Assembly (NCBI GenBank): GCA_963666975.2
Contig: CAXVYR010000004.1
Span: forward strand, 2,350,850-2,414,849
DNA length: 64,000 nt
Source: Terriglobia bacterium
Lineage (GTDB): Bacteria > Acidobacteriota > Terriglobia > 2-12-FULL-54-10
Direction of reading: 5' to 3'
A program made the translations under genes and the position numbers. Positions 21,005 through 33,013 of this stretch are shown piece after piece; position 1 is the first letter of the stretch, and every line of letters begins with the position of its first letter. Under the pieces are notes generated by a model. That model saw only the letters and a list, made by a program, of their open reading frames with translations. It did no database searches and was not told the DNA's origin.

Positions 21005-21430
21005 TCATTCGGTTGAGATAAACCTGTCTTTCCAATTGGGATCGGGAAGTAGGCACAGTTGGTGGCGACCAAATAGCGAATAGCGATTTCGAGCGATCAC
21101 GCGATAAAAGAAATCGAGAATGAAGGTAGGAAGCAGACCTAAAAGGGTCGGGATCTTCCAAGCTCCGCCGATTGTTCTAAGGACGTAAAGCGCGGCCCGT
21201 GATCGGACGAGAAGTCGCTCGTGCGGTGTGTCCTTGCCCAAAGCGACGTAGAATGTGTCTAGATCTTCGGGGTTAGCTCCGTGGGGCTTTAGCAATGCGC
21301 TGGCGAACTCAGACTGCAAAGTGGCGAATCGGAAGATACCTCTCTTGTCTCGTCGCAGTGTAAACAGATTGAACCTGTTGCAGAGCCCACAGGCGCCGTC
21401 ATACAAGATGATCGGATTCGGCTCCACCAT
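21005..21430 (-). CDS. DCC1-like thiol-disulfide oxidoreductase (YuxK family)
   Basis: YDGACGLC, FATLQS and YRVIARNRYSLFG motifs. Confidence 0.9.
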   Translation of the reverse strand: MVEPNPIILYDGACGLCNRFNLFTLRRDKRGIFRFATLQSEFASALLKPHGANPEDLDTFYVALGKDTPHERLLVRSRAALYVLRTIGGAWKIPTLLGLLPTFILDFFYRVIARNRYSLFGRHQLCLLPDPNWKDRFISTE

Positions 21431-21669
21431 GCCATTGTCCACAGGGTGATACTATTACCTCTTGAGAATTATTTCACTTTCATTATTAGCGGCTTCCGTT
21501 GGTGTCGAGGCACCTGAGAACTCTTGATGTTTCCGTCATTGGGTGTTGCTGGAATGTGCTTATTGCTTCATGACGCAAGATCTTACAGCCGATATTAGCG
21601 TCACCAATTCTAGTTTGCGCCAAGGCCACTTGCCGCTACTGATGTGGAAGGACCGACTGGCGTTGGCAG

Positions 21670-21967
21670 GGGGTCACCTGACCCGGCGGCTGTTTGCCAG
21701 CATGCTGGGGCGGATCGATGGATTGCCACTTCCGTCGGGATAGCCTAGCCTGCGGCACCCAAGAAAATGATTCCGAAATCCCCCAGGAATGGAGAGTTGT
21801 CTGCAAGAGCCGATGGGAAGGCCCGTGGTCAGCAGTTTAGGGACTCGCTTTAGGGCAGACAGGACCCTGTCCCGATCCCCTGGACCCAGCCAAATAAAAA
21901 ATCGTGCGCTGGAACCCCGCGATGGGTGTATCGTGCGGGTCGTTGGAGCTAAAAAGGAAATTCCGGT
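21670..21967 (+). mobile_element. IS1380-family 3' remnant
   Basis: HLTRRLFASMLGRIDGLPLPSG* nearly matches the C-terminus of the 39945-41321 transposase; ends GGAAATTCCGG. Confidence 0.75.
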
Positions 21968-22165
21968 TTAACCGTGCCGATCGCGCGGTGCCGAAGAGCG
22001 GCTTTAGCCGCTGAGGGGCTGCCGCCGGCAAATTTAACGCATCTGTAGGTTGGAAAACTTCGCTGAGAGCCTCAAGACGGGAAACTCTCGGCGAGAGCCC
22101 TCAGGGGCTAAAGCCCTTCTGGAGACGGCCACCTAACGGCACGGTTAAAACCGTGCCCTGACAAA
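21968..22165. repeat. REP-like palindrome pair (REPIN-like)
   Basis: TTTAACCGTGCCG...CGGCTTTAGCCGCTGAGGG is inverted to CCCTCAGGGGCTAAAGCC...CGGCACGGTTAAAACCGTGCC. Confidence 0.7.
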
Positions 22166-22263
22166 TCGTGTGACGCTGTGCCTAACGGAAACTGACCTAC
22201 TACCGCAGTTTCATGCGCGGAGGCGGAAGGCCGCGCCTGCCGCGCAAACAAAGGAGAGGACCG

Positions 22264-22575
22264 TTGGATAATAACCGGTTTGAGATTTTGACGCAGATGC
22301 TGGAAAAAAATCCGAAAGATTCCTTTGCGCGCTACGGCTTGGCGATGGAGTACGCCAAGCAGGATGAGCACGCTAAGGCAATGGAGCAATTCCGGAAGCT
22401 CTGGAAGTTGCATCCGGACTATTCGGCGGCCTATTTTCAGGGCGCGCAGGTGCTCGCCAAGACCGGGGAGACGGAAGAAGCCCGGCAGGTGCTCACAAAA
22501 GGGATCGAAGTCGCCGGCCGCGGCGGCGATCTCCATATCAAGAGCGAAATGGAGGCGGCTCTGGAGGAGCTGTGA
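22264..22575 (+). CDS. Small tetratricopeptide-repeat protein
   Basis: PKDSFARYGLAMEY...PDYSAAYFQGAQVL TPR pattern; TTG start after GGAGAGGA. Confidence 0.85.
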   Translation: MDNNRFEILTQMLEKNPKDSFARYGLAMEYAKQDEHAKAMEQFRKLWKLHPDYSAAYFQGAQVLAKTGETEEARQVLTKGIEVAGRGGDLHIKSEMEAALEEL

Positions 22576-22718
22576 GGGCTTGATTGGTTATTACTTCGGT
22601 TTCCGCTGGGTTTTCAATGCTACAGCTTTGCTATGGAAGGCTCTTGCCGCCGATTGATTTACTCCCTCGGCTCGTGTAATCTCTCTCCATCAATATCCAA
22701 GCAGGCGGGAGTAAAAAC

Positions 22719-23109
22719 GTGTCGCTTTCCCCCGGCAAACAGTTGGGCTCTTACGAGGTCCTCAGCCACCTGGGCTCAGGAGGCATGGGCGCGGTGTATC
22801 GCGCCCGCGACACCAAGCTCGGACGTGAAGTCGCCATCAAGGTCCTGCCCGATGCATTTGCAAAGGACCCGGAACGCTTGGCCCGCTTTCAGCGCGGGCT
22901 CTCGCAGGTTGCTCTTCGAGGGACGGTACGCGGGGAGCCGGGGTCGTAGAGAATACGACGTTTCTCCCGACGGACAGCGGTTTCTGATGATTAAGAAAGA
23001 TGGGCAGCAACAGGAATCTTCCACGCAAATCAATGTGGTGATGAACTGGTTTGAAGAGCTACGGGCAGTGATGGGTGGCAAGAATTCGAGCCGCGACCGT
23101 GAGGGGTAG
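22719..23109 (+). pseudogene. Ser/Thr kinase-beta-propeller gene remnant with large internal deletion
   Basis: Kinase N-lobe ([27 protein letters not shown]) is fused to the C-terminal YDVSPDGQRFLMIK...INVVMNWFEEL. Confidence 0.8.
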
Positions 23110-23312
23110 GGGTAGCCACGACGAGTGCTTTTTCTGGTCGTGGGCCTTTCCTGAATTTACAAACCCACGGCAAATTGGAAATGCCAACTTAGGGTTGCGG
23201 CAGGCCAAGGAGATGGGGAAAATGCCAGTTTTCCCGTTCTTCGTTGCCATCCCCCCTGCGGAGAGAGGCGTTCCATCAACCGGAAATTCGTGTGGTCCCG
23301 ATTGCAGGTGAC

Positions 23313-24824
23313 TGTGCCCCGTCAGGGCTTGTTGGACAGGTAGAGGGTAATAGTTAAGGTGATGTTTTTGGCTCATCGTAGAGACTGAAAGGAACGAAGA
23401 TGAGACAAAAACAAGACGACAGGGGGGCGGTCGAGAAGGCCGTCCGGGAGATCAAACGCAGGACGCGGCGCAGGTTCAGCCCGGAAGACAAAATCCGCAT
23501 TGTATTGCAGGGACTTCGCGGCGAGGACAGCATCGCGGAGCTGTGCCGCCGCGAGGGGCTGCACCAGAACCAGTATTACCGCTGGAGCAAGGAGTTTCTG
23601 GAGGCTGGCCGCAAGCGGCTGGCGGGCGACATAGACCGTGAGGCAACCAGTGGCGAAGTCAAGACTCTGCGGGAGCAGGCCGTACAGCTGAAAGAGGCCC
23701 TGGCCGAGGCTATGCTGGAAAATCGCCTGCTAAAAAAAAGCGTGATCGGGGATGGGGAGGAACATACATGAGATACCCTGCCTCGGAGAAGCTGGAGATC
23801 ATCTGCACGGTGGAGCAATCTGCCCTGGGGGTGCGCCGGACGCTGCAGCAGGTTGGCATTCCCAGATCGACGTTTTACAACTGGTACGACCGCTATGTGT
23901 CGGAAGGCTTTGATGGGCTGGAAGACAAAAAACCCGATCCTGGCCCTGTCTGGAACAAGGTGCCGGAGGAGATAACTCAGCAGTTGGTGACGTTAGCCCT
24001 GGCCGAGCCCGATCTGTCGTCACGCGAGCTGGCGGTGCGTTTTACCGAGGAAAGGCGGTATTACCTTTCTGAATCTACGGTTTACCGCGTCCTGAAAAGC
24101 CATGACCTGATTACCGCGCCAGCCTTTATTGTCCTGAAAGCGGCGGAACGGTTCGCCAACCCGACCACGGCGGTCAACCAGCTCTGGCAGACCGACTTCA
24201 CCTACCTGAAAGTCATCGGTTGGGGCTGGTTCTACCTGTCCACGGTGCTGGACGACTTCTCGCGCTATATCATCGCCTGGCGGCTGTGCAAAACCATGAG
24301 CGCAAGTGACGTCTCGGCCACGTTGCGGGATGCTTTGCAAGCCACCGGCCTCGACCGCGTGGGCGCCCGGCACAGACCTCGCCTCCTGAGCGACAACGGG
24401 CCGTGCTACGTCTCTTCCGAACTGCAATCATGGCTGGCAGAAAACAGCGTGCCGCATACTCGCGGCAAGCCCTATCACCCCATGACGCAGGGCAAGATCG
24501 AACGCTGGCACCGAACTCTGAAAGACCGCATCCTGCTCAACAACTATTACCTGCCAGAAGAGCTGGAGCGGCAGATCGATGCCTTCGTCAACCACTACAA
24601 CACCAACCGATACCATGAAAGCCTGAACAACCTGACACCGTATGACGTTTTTACAGGCCAAGGCAGTGCCATCCTGCAAAAACGGGATCGCATCAAAGAG
24701 AAAACTATGATCTTAAGAAAACGGTTGCACTTCAAAAGAAGGGCAGCCTAACATCAACCCAGAGGAGCCTGAACGCCACCTTATCTTTTTATGCTCTGTG
24801 TCCAACATTATCTGACGACGTACA
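23313..24824 (+). mobile_element. IS3-family element (orfA 23400-23771, orfB 23768-24751)
   Basis: TGT...ACA imperfect IRs; A8G slippery site at 23732-23740; WQTDFTY, SDNG and GKIERWH rve motifs; no target duplication seen. Confidence 0.9.
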
Positions 24825-25060
24825 AGGGCCCAGGCACAGGGGGGTGGGACAGATTTCCCTAGACTGCCCATCGATTCTGGTGGCGACAACGGCAAACAGC
24901 GGCTATTGAGAATTCGCCTTTTCCGGGAGCTGTGCGTTGTGGCTGGGGGCGGTGGCACTGCAAGCGCAAGTGCATGGAGTGATTGCCCAGCTGAACCTAA
25001 CCAACGTGAAAAACCAATCACTCTGAAACCTGTCAATGCCGAGGTAGGTGTTTCAATATC

Positions 25061-25724
25061 TTAGCGGTTCTGATTTCCCGATCTTTTGATATGGCTGGCC
25101 GAGCTAAAAGTACTTAATGCACCGCGAATCGTGCCCATCGAGGTGCCAAACTTGGATGCGAGCCTACGCAAGCTCGAATCTCCTTGTCGATAGGTACGAG
25201 CAATGGCTACGCGGCTTTCTGCGAGATAAATGTGTGCATGGCGGGCGTCCAATTCGCTTTCCTTTGGCGCGAGCATTGCGCATCCCGGCTTTTACCCGCT
25301 CCACTATGAGGCTGCGCTCGAGTTCGGCCACGGCGCCCAAGACCGTAAAGACCATCTTGCCAGTCGGCGTGCTGGTGTCCACTTGTTCTGAAAGCGAAAC
25401 GAACTCGATGCCCAGAGCCCGGAAGTTCTCCAGGGCTCTCAGTAGGTGCGACACTGACCTGGCGAAGCGGTCAAACCGCCAGACGACTACCGCGTCGAAA
25501 CGCCGCCTGTGCGCGTCAGCCAGGAGCCGATCAAGCTCCGGCCGACGCTCCTTGGCTCCAGAAATCCCAACGTCAATATACTCGCCGGTGACGGAGCCAC
25601 GGCGCTGGCAATATTCGCGTAGCTCCAGCAGCTGGACCTCTGGGTCTTGGCCGCTGTTGGCCGTCGAGACCCGCGCATAGAGAGCTGCCTTTACTGGTGG
25701 GTGGTTTAGAATTGGGATAGCCAT
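25061..25724 (-). pseudogene. Serine recombinase (resolvase/invertase), frameshifted before the C-terminal HTH
   Basis: YARVST, RPELDRL, DRFARS and ELERSLIVERVKAG motifs; HTH-like tail SLRRLASKFGTSMGT in another frame. Confidence 0.8.
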
Positions 25725-25750
25725 CGTTGCCTCCTGTAAGGTTGCGTTGG

Positions 25751-26504
25751 TTAGCCTCGTCCGTTGGGTGCTACCAGCGGGCGGGGCGCTTGGTTATTGT
25801 TTCCGACGGCGCGTACCGACGGCTTCTGACTTTTCTCGTGGCGGACCCTAACTTTCTCTGTGCCAGCTTTCGCCTTAGCTCGCTTCTCGTATTCAGCGTG
25901 GTAGTAATCTGGGTGATTCTCTAGGAAGCGTCCCCACCGCAACTTCCGAGAACAGGAAACGGAGCAGTATTTCTGTTGGCGCATGATGGCGCTTTACATT
26001 TTTCGTTGGAACACATTCGCACCTTCTGCCATATGTGCAAGCAATCAGCAGCAGTGGCCAGGAACACTTTGCGAAAGTTGTTCCCGAAATACCACTTCCT
26101 TAAACCTCCCGCTTCTGGTCGGAGTCTCCACTCGCCGGGGATCTCTGGAAGTGTCCATTCCCGATTATTCTTGAACGCATCAAAGGCAGCACCCAGGTCC
26201 GCTTGAATCTGGAGAATGGTTTTTTTCGATATGGTCAAAGCGGGCAGAAACCACGGAGAAGATCATCCGGTTCTGATCTGAGGTCGATTTCCACGTCCTC
26301 GGCTGCATATTGAGTAAATGTCTTAACCCCGGCAATCGGGCCGATTGGGAACGTTTGGATAATATCGTGGAGGTCTATCAGTTCACCGCGCCGAAGGCTT
26401 CCCAGGTCGATACGAGCGAATGAAAGCAGCCACCTGCCCTTATCATTGATCGAAACAGGCCCACTCTTCATTTCAATGACCCGATCTTTTTTCTTGGACG
26501 CCAT
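25751..26504 (-). pseudogene. Hypothetical regulator with C-terminal Cys zinc-finger (CGNR-like), split over three ORFs
   Basis: Overlapping ORFs 26235-26504, 25921-26238 and 25751-25984; CSNEKC...QKYCSVSC. Confidence 0.45.
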
Positions 26505-26660
26505 TTTTACCCTTCAGCCATAAACGGTAGCACAGGACATAAGGCCAATTAAGCCGTTTGTGAATTAACATACTACACAGCGACAGATAAGTTAATTGTC
26601 GATTGACTTAGATATGAACGTAAGTTAAGATAACAATCGTTACGTGCTGGAGGATTCGAC

Positions 26661-26851
26661 ATGCTGTCAATTCGCAAGAAGCGCATAGAAAAAGGCTGGA
26701 GCCTAACCCGCGTCTCCGGATTGACAGGATCGCAGCATCTGATCTCTCGCAAATGGAGCGGGAGCTCAAACCCGCTTTTCCGGGTTCGAAGCGAAGGCTG
26801 GCGCGAGCTTTCGGGGTGCCGGCCGGGAAGCTATTCAGGGAGCCAAAATGA
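26661..26851 (+). pseudogene. Cro/XRE-type HTH protein, one frameshift
   Basis: IRKKRIEKGWSLTRVSGLTG continues in another frame as IAASDLSQMER...RLARAFGV. Confidence 0.7.
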
Positions 26852-27001
26852 GCACTTTCCAAACCCCTGAGCGGCCCGTGAGGGCCGAGATCAACCGGCC
26901 TGGAGCTGGTGCGCATCGTAACGTGGGTCTTCCGAGGGAAGCGAAATGATGCTCGAGTGCGCGGACGTAGCCCAAGCCGCACTGAAAGGACGGCTCAGGT
27001 G

Positions 27002-29051
27002 GTGAGCACAGCTGCTAGCGGAGACTGCATTCCTGGCGAATTGAAACGTCGGCAGCAGTGGGTGCTGTGGCTAAACGAAACCCGCGCTGGCCGCAACGGC
27101 AACGCTCGCCAGACAAAAGTGCCTTGCCAGACGGATGGGGCGGCGAGCCAGCAGTACGGACCCCAAAACTTGGTGCTCCTTCGAGCTCGCAACGTCAGAG
27201 CTGGCTGAGAATCCCGAACAATTCGCTGGCGTCGGCTTTGTTTTCGCTAATGACGATCCGTACTGCGGGATTGATCTCGACAACTCTTTCAACCATGACG
27301 GCAGTCTGAAAGCTTGGGCTGAGGAAATCGTCGACAATTTCGCAGGCGGGTACATGGAGGTATCACCGTCCGGCTGCGGGATCAAGGTATGGGTGATGGG
27401 GAAGCTGCCTGGACCTGGAAAGCAATTTCGGATCAGCAAAGATGAACTTATCGAGATGTACGACTTTGGCCGCTTCTTCGCAGTTACGGGACAACCCTAC
27501 GGAAGCCCGATCGAAGTAATCAACGATCATCAAGCCGCGATCGACTCGCTCTACGGTCGGATGATGCGGAATCGAGCGCGGGGCGCAGGCGATCGTGACC
27601 ATCGTCCTAAAACTTACTCGGAAGGTGATCGACACGAAGCCTTGCTTCGGGAAGCGGGTCGCCAGGCCCATCGGTTCGGCGGCAATACGCCAAAGACGTT
27701 CGAGGCGGTAAGGCAGTTCAATTCGGAGCGGTGCCGCCCGCCCAAAGATGAGGGGGAAGTCCAATCCATAGTCGTGTGGGCGTGTCAGCAGGAGCATGCG
27801 AGGGCACCAGGCACGCCCGTGGCGAACTGGCACGACCAACTGATCGTGAATCAAAACGGCGATCCGAAACCGATTCTCGCCAACGCCATAACGGCCCTGC
27901 GTTACGCGCCCGAATGGTGCGGCGTGCTGGTGTTCAATGAATTCGCGCTTGAAACCGTAGTGCTGAAAGATCCCCCGTGGGACAAGACTGTAACCGGTGC
28001 GAAATGGACCGATCACGAGGATCGGCTTACCGCGAACTGGCTTCAGCACGCGGGTATCTTCGTGCCAGTTGAAATCGCGGGGCAGGCCGTCCAGTCCGTC
28101 GCCAAGGATCGGCGGTTCCATCCCGTTCTGGAATATCTGGAGTCGCTTAAGTGGGACAGAACCAACCGGGTTGACAACTGGCTGAGTAATTACCTGGGGG
28201 CGGAGAGGAACGACTACACGGTGGCTGTTGGCGCGCGTTGGCTGATCTCTGCCGTGGTGCGCATTTACAAGCCCGGAGCGAAGGCCGATTGCTGTTTCAT
28301 TCTCGAAGGCCCGCAAGGTCTGCTGAAATCCACGGCGCTGAAAACCATCGCTGGTGACTGGTTCACGGATGAAATCGCGGAGCTGGGCAGTAAGGATGCC
28401 GCGCTCCAGACGCGCGGAGTTTGGATTATCGAAATCGCCGAATTGGATTCTATGACGCGCGCCGAGGTTGGCAAGATCAAATCTTTCATGAGCCGTTCAA
28501 CGGACAGGTTCCGTCCGCCTTACGGCAAGCGCCTCATTGAATCCCCGCGCCAATGTGTATTCGCTGGCTCGGTGAATCACTCGAATTACCTACGGGATGA
28601 GACGGGCGGACGGCGCTTCTGGCCAGTTGCCTGTACTCGAATCCTGATTGATGACCTGGCACGGGACCGAGACCAGCTCTGGGCTGAGGCCGTTGTCCGG
28701 TATCGAAGCGGCGCAGTTTGGTGGCTCGACTCTCCTGAACTGAACCGCGTTGCTGAGCAGGAGCAGGCCGCGCGTTACGACGGCGATCCTTTGGGAGACC
28801 TGATCGCGGCGTGGCTGGAACATCCGACGGCGCGGTATGACTGCGGCAGTCCCATCACGCCGTTCACTTCCACGGATGAATCAGTCTCGGTCCCTAACGT
28901 TTTACTGCATTGCATCGGCAAGCCGCAGGAGCAGTGGACCCAGACTGATCAGAACCGCGTGGCGCGGTGTCTGCGGTCGTTGGGGTGGGAGCGTTACCGC
29001 AAGCGCATAGAAAACGAGTCTCTCTGGCACTACCGGAGGAAGGAATTATGA
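27002..29051 (+). CDS. Phage/satellite primase-polymerase + PriCT + VirE (VapE) ATPase; frameshift near 27138, start uncertain
   Basis: IPGELKRRQQWVLW, ASSTDPKTW, CGIDLD, EVSPSGCG, EMYDFGRFFAVTG; Walker A GPQGLLKST; RDETGGRRFWPV. Confidence 0.85.
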
Positions 29052-29250
29052 TGTTCCTAGTTTGTTCCCAGTCTTGTTCCCACTTGTGTTCCCACTCTAA
29101 GCCCTTTCTGTTCATACATGTTCCCAGTGTTCCCAGTACGTCGCGCGCGCGTACATATGAGGACCCGTGCGTTTTTGGCGCTCAGGGTAAATATAGAAAG
29201 CAACCGGGAACACTGGGAACTGGGAACAACTCGCGCAAAGGGAACTGGAA
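29052..29250. repeat. Iteron cluster, probable replication origin
   Basis: TGTTCC(CA) x6 at 29052-29136 facing inverted GGGAAC x4 at 29206-29247, directly after the primase stop. Confidence 0.7.
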
Positions 29251-29559
29251 AAGGTGATAGGCCAATGAGCAAGCGAAAGGAGAAAAGAATGTGCTACAGA
29301 TACGATTTTGGTGACATGGTCCAATGCGCGTCTTATGAGACGAAAAACTGTCCGATTGGCCAAGAGAGCGAAAGGCTCGACTGCTTCAAAGACCACGTCC
29401 GGGAAGCCAAGGCACGTGCCTGGACAGGCGATTTCCTTGTCGAGCTGGAAGCTCGAATTGAGGAAATGCGCGACCTGATTGCCCAGCGGAGCCAGCCGGA
29501 GTTCAAACGGCTGGTTCGTGAGTGCCGCAAATGGGGGCTGGTGTGCGTGCCAACCGGCG

Positions 29560-29898
29560 TTGCTGATCTACCCTGGGGACTTTGACCCATCCGGTGAGGA
29601 CATCGAGAGGGATTTCCTAGAACGTGCAGGCTGCTTTGATGAAGCAATTCGCGTGGCCCTGAATTCGGAGCAAGTGGAAAAGTATGACTTGCCGCCACAA
29701 ATGGGGAAGACAACCGACTCTCGCGCTGCTGCGTTTGTTGCACGCCATGGACGCCTGGTTCAGGTGGAACTGGACGCCCTATCACCGGATGTCCTTCGCG
29801 AACTTTACACCAAGACGATACGACGTTTTTGGGACAAGTCCATTTATGAAGATGTGCTAGATGCCGAACGGGCCGAGCGAGAGGATTTGCGGGCATGA
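29560..29898 (+). pseudogene. C-terminal Toprim-domain fragment (Topo VI-A/JetD-like)
   Basis: LIYPGDFDPSGEDI...RVALN...VELDAL; N-terminal part missing. Confidence 0.55.
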
Positions 29899-30122
29899 TT
29901 TCAGATTCCAACCACTATTGCAGAGGCTGCGGCCAACCGTTGCCATACAGAAGCAAGGCGCTCTTTCACCCAAAATGTCGTGCCCAAGACAAAATCGCAA
30001 AGATAGCCCAAAAGCGCAAACGGGAGCGCGAAAGAATGGAAAAATTCCTTGCTTTGCAGGTTTGCCCGCACTGTAGCCGAAAATTTGGGTCAGGCCGTCT
30101 CGTAAACACATCGTGTGACCCG
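29895..30122 (+). pseudogene. Small Zn-finger protein interrupted by IS256 copy 2
   Basis: CRGC, HPKC and CPHC motifs; the frame resumes after the target duplication at 31580. Confidence 0.5.
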
Positions 30123-31571
30123 GAGGGTGTCCCATACATAGTTGAAGGTTGAACGGCGGTTCGGCCCGAATCGAATAGAATCGGGCCAAGCCTAAATCCT
30201 ATAGAAGGAGAACCGCCGAATGAAGGGAAAATATCACGTTTTGGAACTGGGTTCCAAGGGAGCCGAAGAAACCATCCAGAAGTTTTGCCAAACCAACGGA
30301 CAGATGCTGTTGCCGGTGGTGGATCTGATCACGGAGGCGCGTCTGGCGTTGGATGAGGTGATTGATCGGGCCGGGCGAGGTTTGATTGAAACGATTCTGA
30401 GCATGAGCGCAGAGCAAATCGCGGGGCCAAAGAGTCCCGGGAAGGCGAGCGGAGAGGTGCGCTGGCATGGCCGGCAATTGGGGAGGGTGAAACTGGCCGA
30501 TCGCCAGCTGCGGGTGGAGCGGCCCCGGCTGCGCCGGAAGGGCGGAGGGGAAGAAGCGGTGCCGGCCTACGAAGCACTGCGGAAAAGCGAGAAGACGGGC
30601 GAGGAGATGTTCGAGGCACTGTTGAAAGGGGTTTCGACGCGGAACTACCGCGAGGTGATCCCGGAGATGGCCAACAGCGCTGGGGTGTCGAAGTCTCAGG
30701 TGAGCCGGGAAGCGGCCGAGCAAGGAGCGCGGCGGCTGGAAGAACTGTTGGCGCGGCGCTGGGAGGAGGTCGAGATTCTGGTGATTTACCTGGACGGAAT
30801 GCGGTTCGGCTCCCACCACGTCATCAGCGCCGTGGGCGTGGACATCGAGGGCCGCAAGCATGTGCTGGGGATTCAACTGGGCGCGACCGAAAACGCCGCT
30901 GCGGTGAAAGACCTTCTCACCCGCCTGCGCCAGCAAGGTTTGCGCACGGATCAGCGCTATCTGTTTGTGATCGACGGCGCCAAAGCGCTCCGCGCGGGGA
31001 TCGAGGAAGTATTCGGCAGCAATCAGCTGGTGCAGCGTTGCCGTACTCATAAGCTGCGCAACGTGGCTGAGCGGTTACCAAAGGGCGACAAAATGCTGGC
31101 GAATCAGGTGCGGTCGCTGATGCGCGCCGCCTGGCGATTGCCCCAAGCCGAGGAAGGCATCGTGCGCATAAAAAAGCTCGCTGGGATGATCGAGTGCGAT
31201 CATCCGGCAGCAGCCGCCAGCTTGCGCGAAGGGTTGGAGGAGACCTTTACGATCAATCGAGCCGACGTTCCTCCCAGCCTCCACCGCTGCCTGGCAACCA
31301 CGAACCTCATCGAGAGCCCGCAGTCGGGCGTGCGGAAAAAGACTGGCAATGTTTGCCGCTGGCGCGACGGCGAGATGACGTTGCGCTGGGTGGCAGGAGC
31401 GTTTCTGCTGACCGAGAAGAATTTCCGGAAGATCATGGGTTATCACGATCTCTGGGCTTTGGCATCGATTCTCGGCCGAAGTCCAAACGCTGCTTCCTCT
31501 CACAAGGAGGAAGTGGCGTAATATGAACTCAACCCGCCGTCCCAACCTGCAACTGAGTTTGGGACACCTTC
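30123..31571 (+). mobile_element. IS256-family element copy 2 (transposase 30220-31521)
   Basis: Near-identical to copy 1; 8-bp target duplication GTGACCCG. Confidence 0.95.
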
Positions 31572-31678
31572 GTGACCCGTCACGCAGCACCTCTATTCCA
31601 TCGGAGGCGGCAGGGACGCTATGATACCAGCAGGGCAGCACGCAAGACACCCTTAAAGCCCCAGAACCGCTTCTCACA

Positions 31679-31837
31679 GTGGATGAGGTGCAAGCGATTC
31701 TGCGGGTTTCCAAGAGTTTTCTGTACGACCACACTACAGGACCTGCTCGTCCACACCTCCGCTGTGTGAAGGTGGGTAGGCGAACGCTGGTCAAGGTGCA
31801 GGATTTGAACAATTTCATTGAAGAGTGGTGCCAGTGA
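31679..31837 (+). CDS. Excisionase-like HTH protein (start uncertain)
   Basis: (LLT)VDEVQAILRVSKSFLY...CVKVGRRTLVKVQDLNNFI lies immediately upstream of the integrase. Confidence 0.65.
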   Translation: MDEVQAILRVSKSFLYDHTTGPARPHLRCVKVGRRTLVKVQDLNNFIEEWCQ

Positions 31838-31887
31838 TCCAAAATATCCATCCCGTGCTAAAATCCCCCGTCGGTTTGGGGGTGCGT

Positions 31888-33013
31888 ATGCCAAGAACTC
31901 GACACCAGCGCGGACGAGTGGAAGAGGTAGGTAAGCGGATCAGGAAGTGGCGCGGGCACTATTACATCTATGCAGTCGGGACTGACGGCAAGGAGCGGCG
32001 CCGGCATAGAAACGTGCTTCTGGGCCTCAAGTCCAAGCTGAAAAAGTGGGAAGCACAGGAAAAGCTCCAGAGGATCATCGAGAAAGAATCTGCCGACGGC
32101 ACAGTGAGAGCTGATGCTGATATAACGTTTGGTTGGTTCTGGGAGAATCGTTATCTGCCGATGAGAGAGGCAAAGCTGAAAGGTTCAAGCATGGAAGGAC
32201 TGCGCTTCATTGGCACGCATCTGCTGCCGGAATTTGGCAGGAAGTCGCTCGTCAAGATCACCAGATTCGAGTGCGATGCCTATTTGAACCGGCTCGGCAA
32301 GGAAGGATACTCGTCGTCTTTGATCCACAAAGCCAAGACCTACCTGAAAGCAATGCTGGATGAGGCCGTTGAGCAGGATTTCATTGGCAAGAATCCCGCT
32401 CGGAAGCTGGAGACGCCGCGAGTGCATCAGGCGGTGAAGCGATATCTATCAGAACAAGATGTCCAAAAGCTCGTCCTGGGATTGAAAGGCCGGGACCATC
32501 TTATGCTCAGGATGTTGCTGCTGTGCGGGCTCAGGCCAGGTGAAATATTTGCGCTTCGCTGGAACGACTGGCAGGGTGATCGATTATTCATTGACGAATC
32601 AGTATGGGAGGGGGAAATAGACACGCCCAAGACCGCCACCAGTATTGCATTTGTTTCGGTTCCGGACTCCCTGCAAGGAGAGCTGGAAATGTGGAGGGTG
32701 CAGTGTGGGTCGGCCAGCCCGGATGATCTAATCTTTCCATCTGAGCGGGGTACACCCATTGCTCGAAGGAATTGGCTGAACCGTAACCTAAAACCGGCAG
32801 CGCAACGCGCCGGCATTCATGGAATGACGTATCAGGTATTGAGGCGGACGTTTGCGACGGTCATTCAGAAATGTGGTACGGTGAAGGACGCTCAGGCGCA
32901 GCTTCGGCACGCTTCGGCGGTACTGACGGTTGGGACATACATGCAGGCGATGCCGGATAGCCAGAAGGCGCCAGTGGAGGCATTGGACGAGTTGTTCTGG
33001 CCAAGACCAAAGG
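31888..33013 (+). CDS. Tyrosine integrase, extreme C-terminus clipped by IS256 copy 3
   Basis: KNPAR, GLRPGEIFALRW, TPKT, YQVLRRT and QLRHAS...TY motifs. Confidence 0.88.

Noticed and set aside
29052-29250. CRISPR array
   Set aside because: Repeats are 6-8 bp with irregular short spacing and inverted copies; no cas genes
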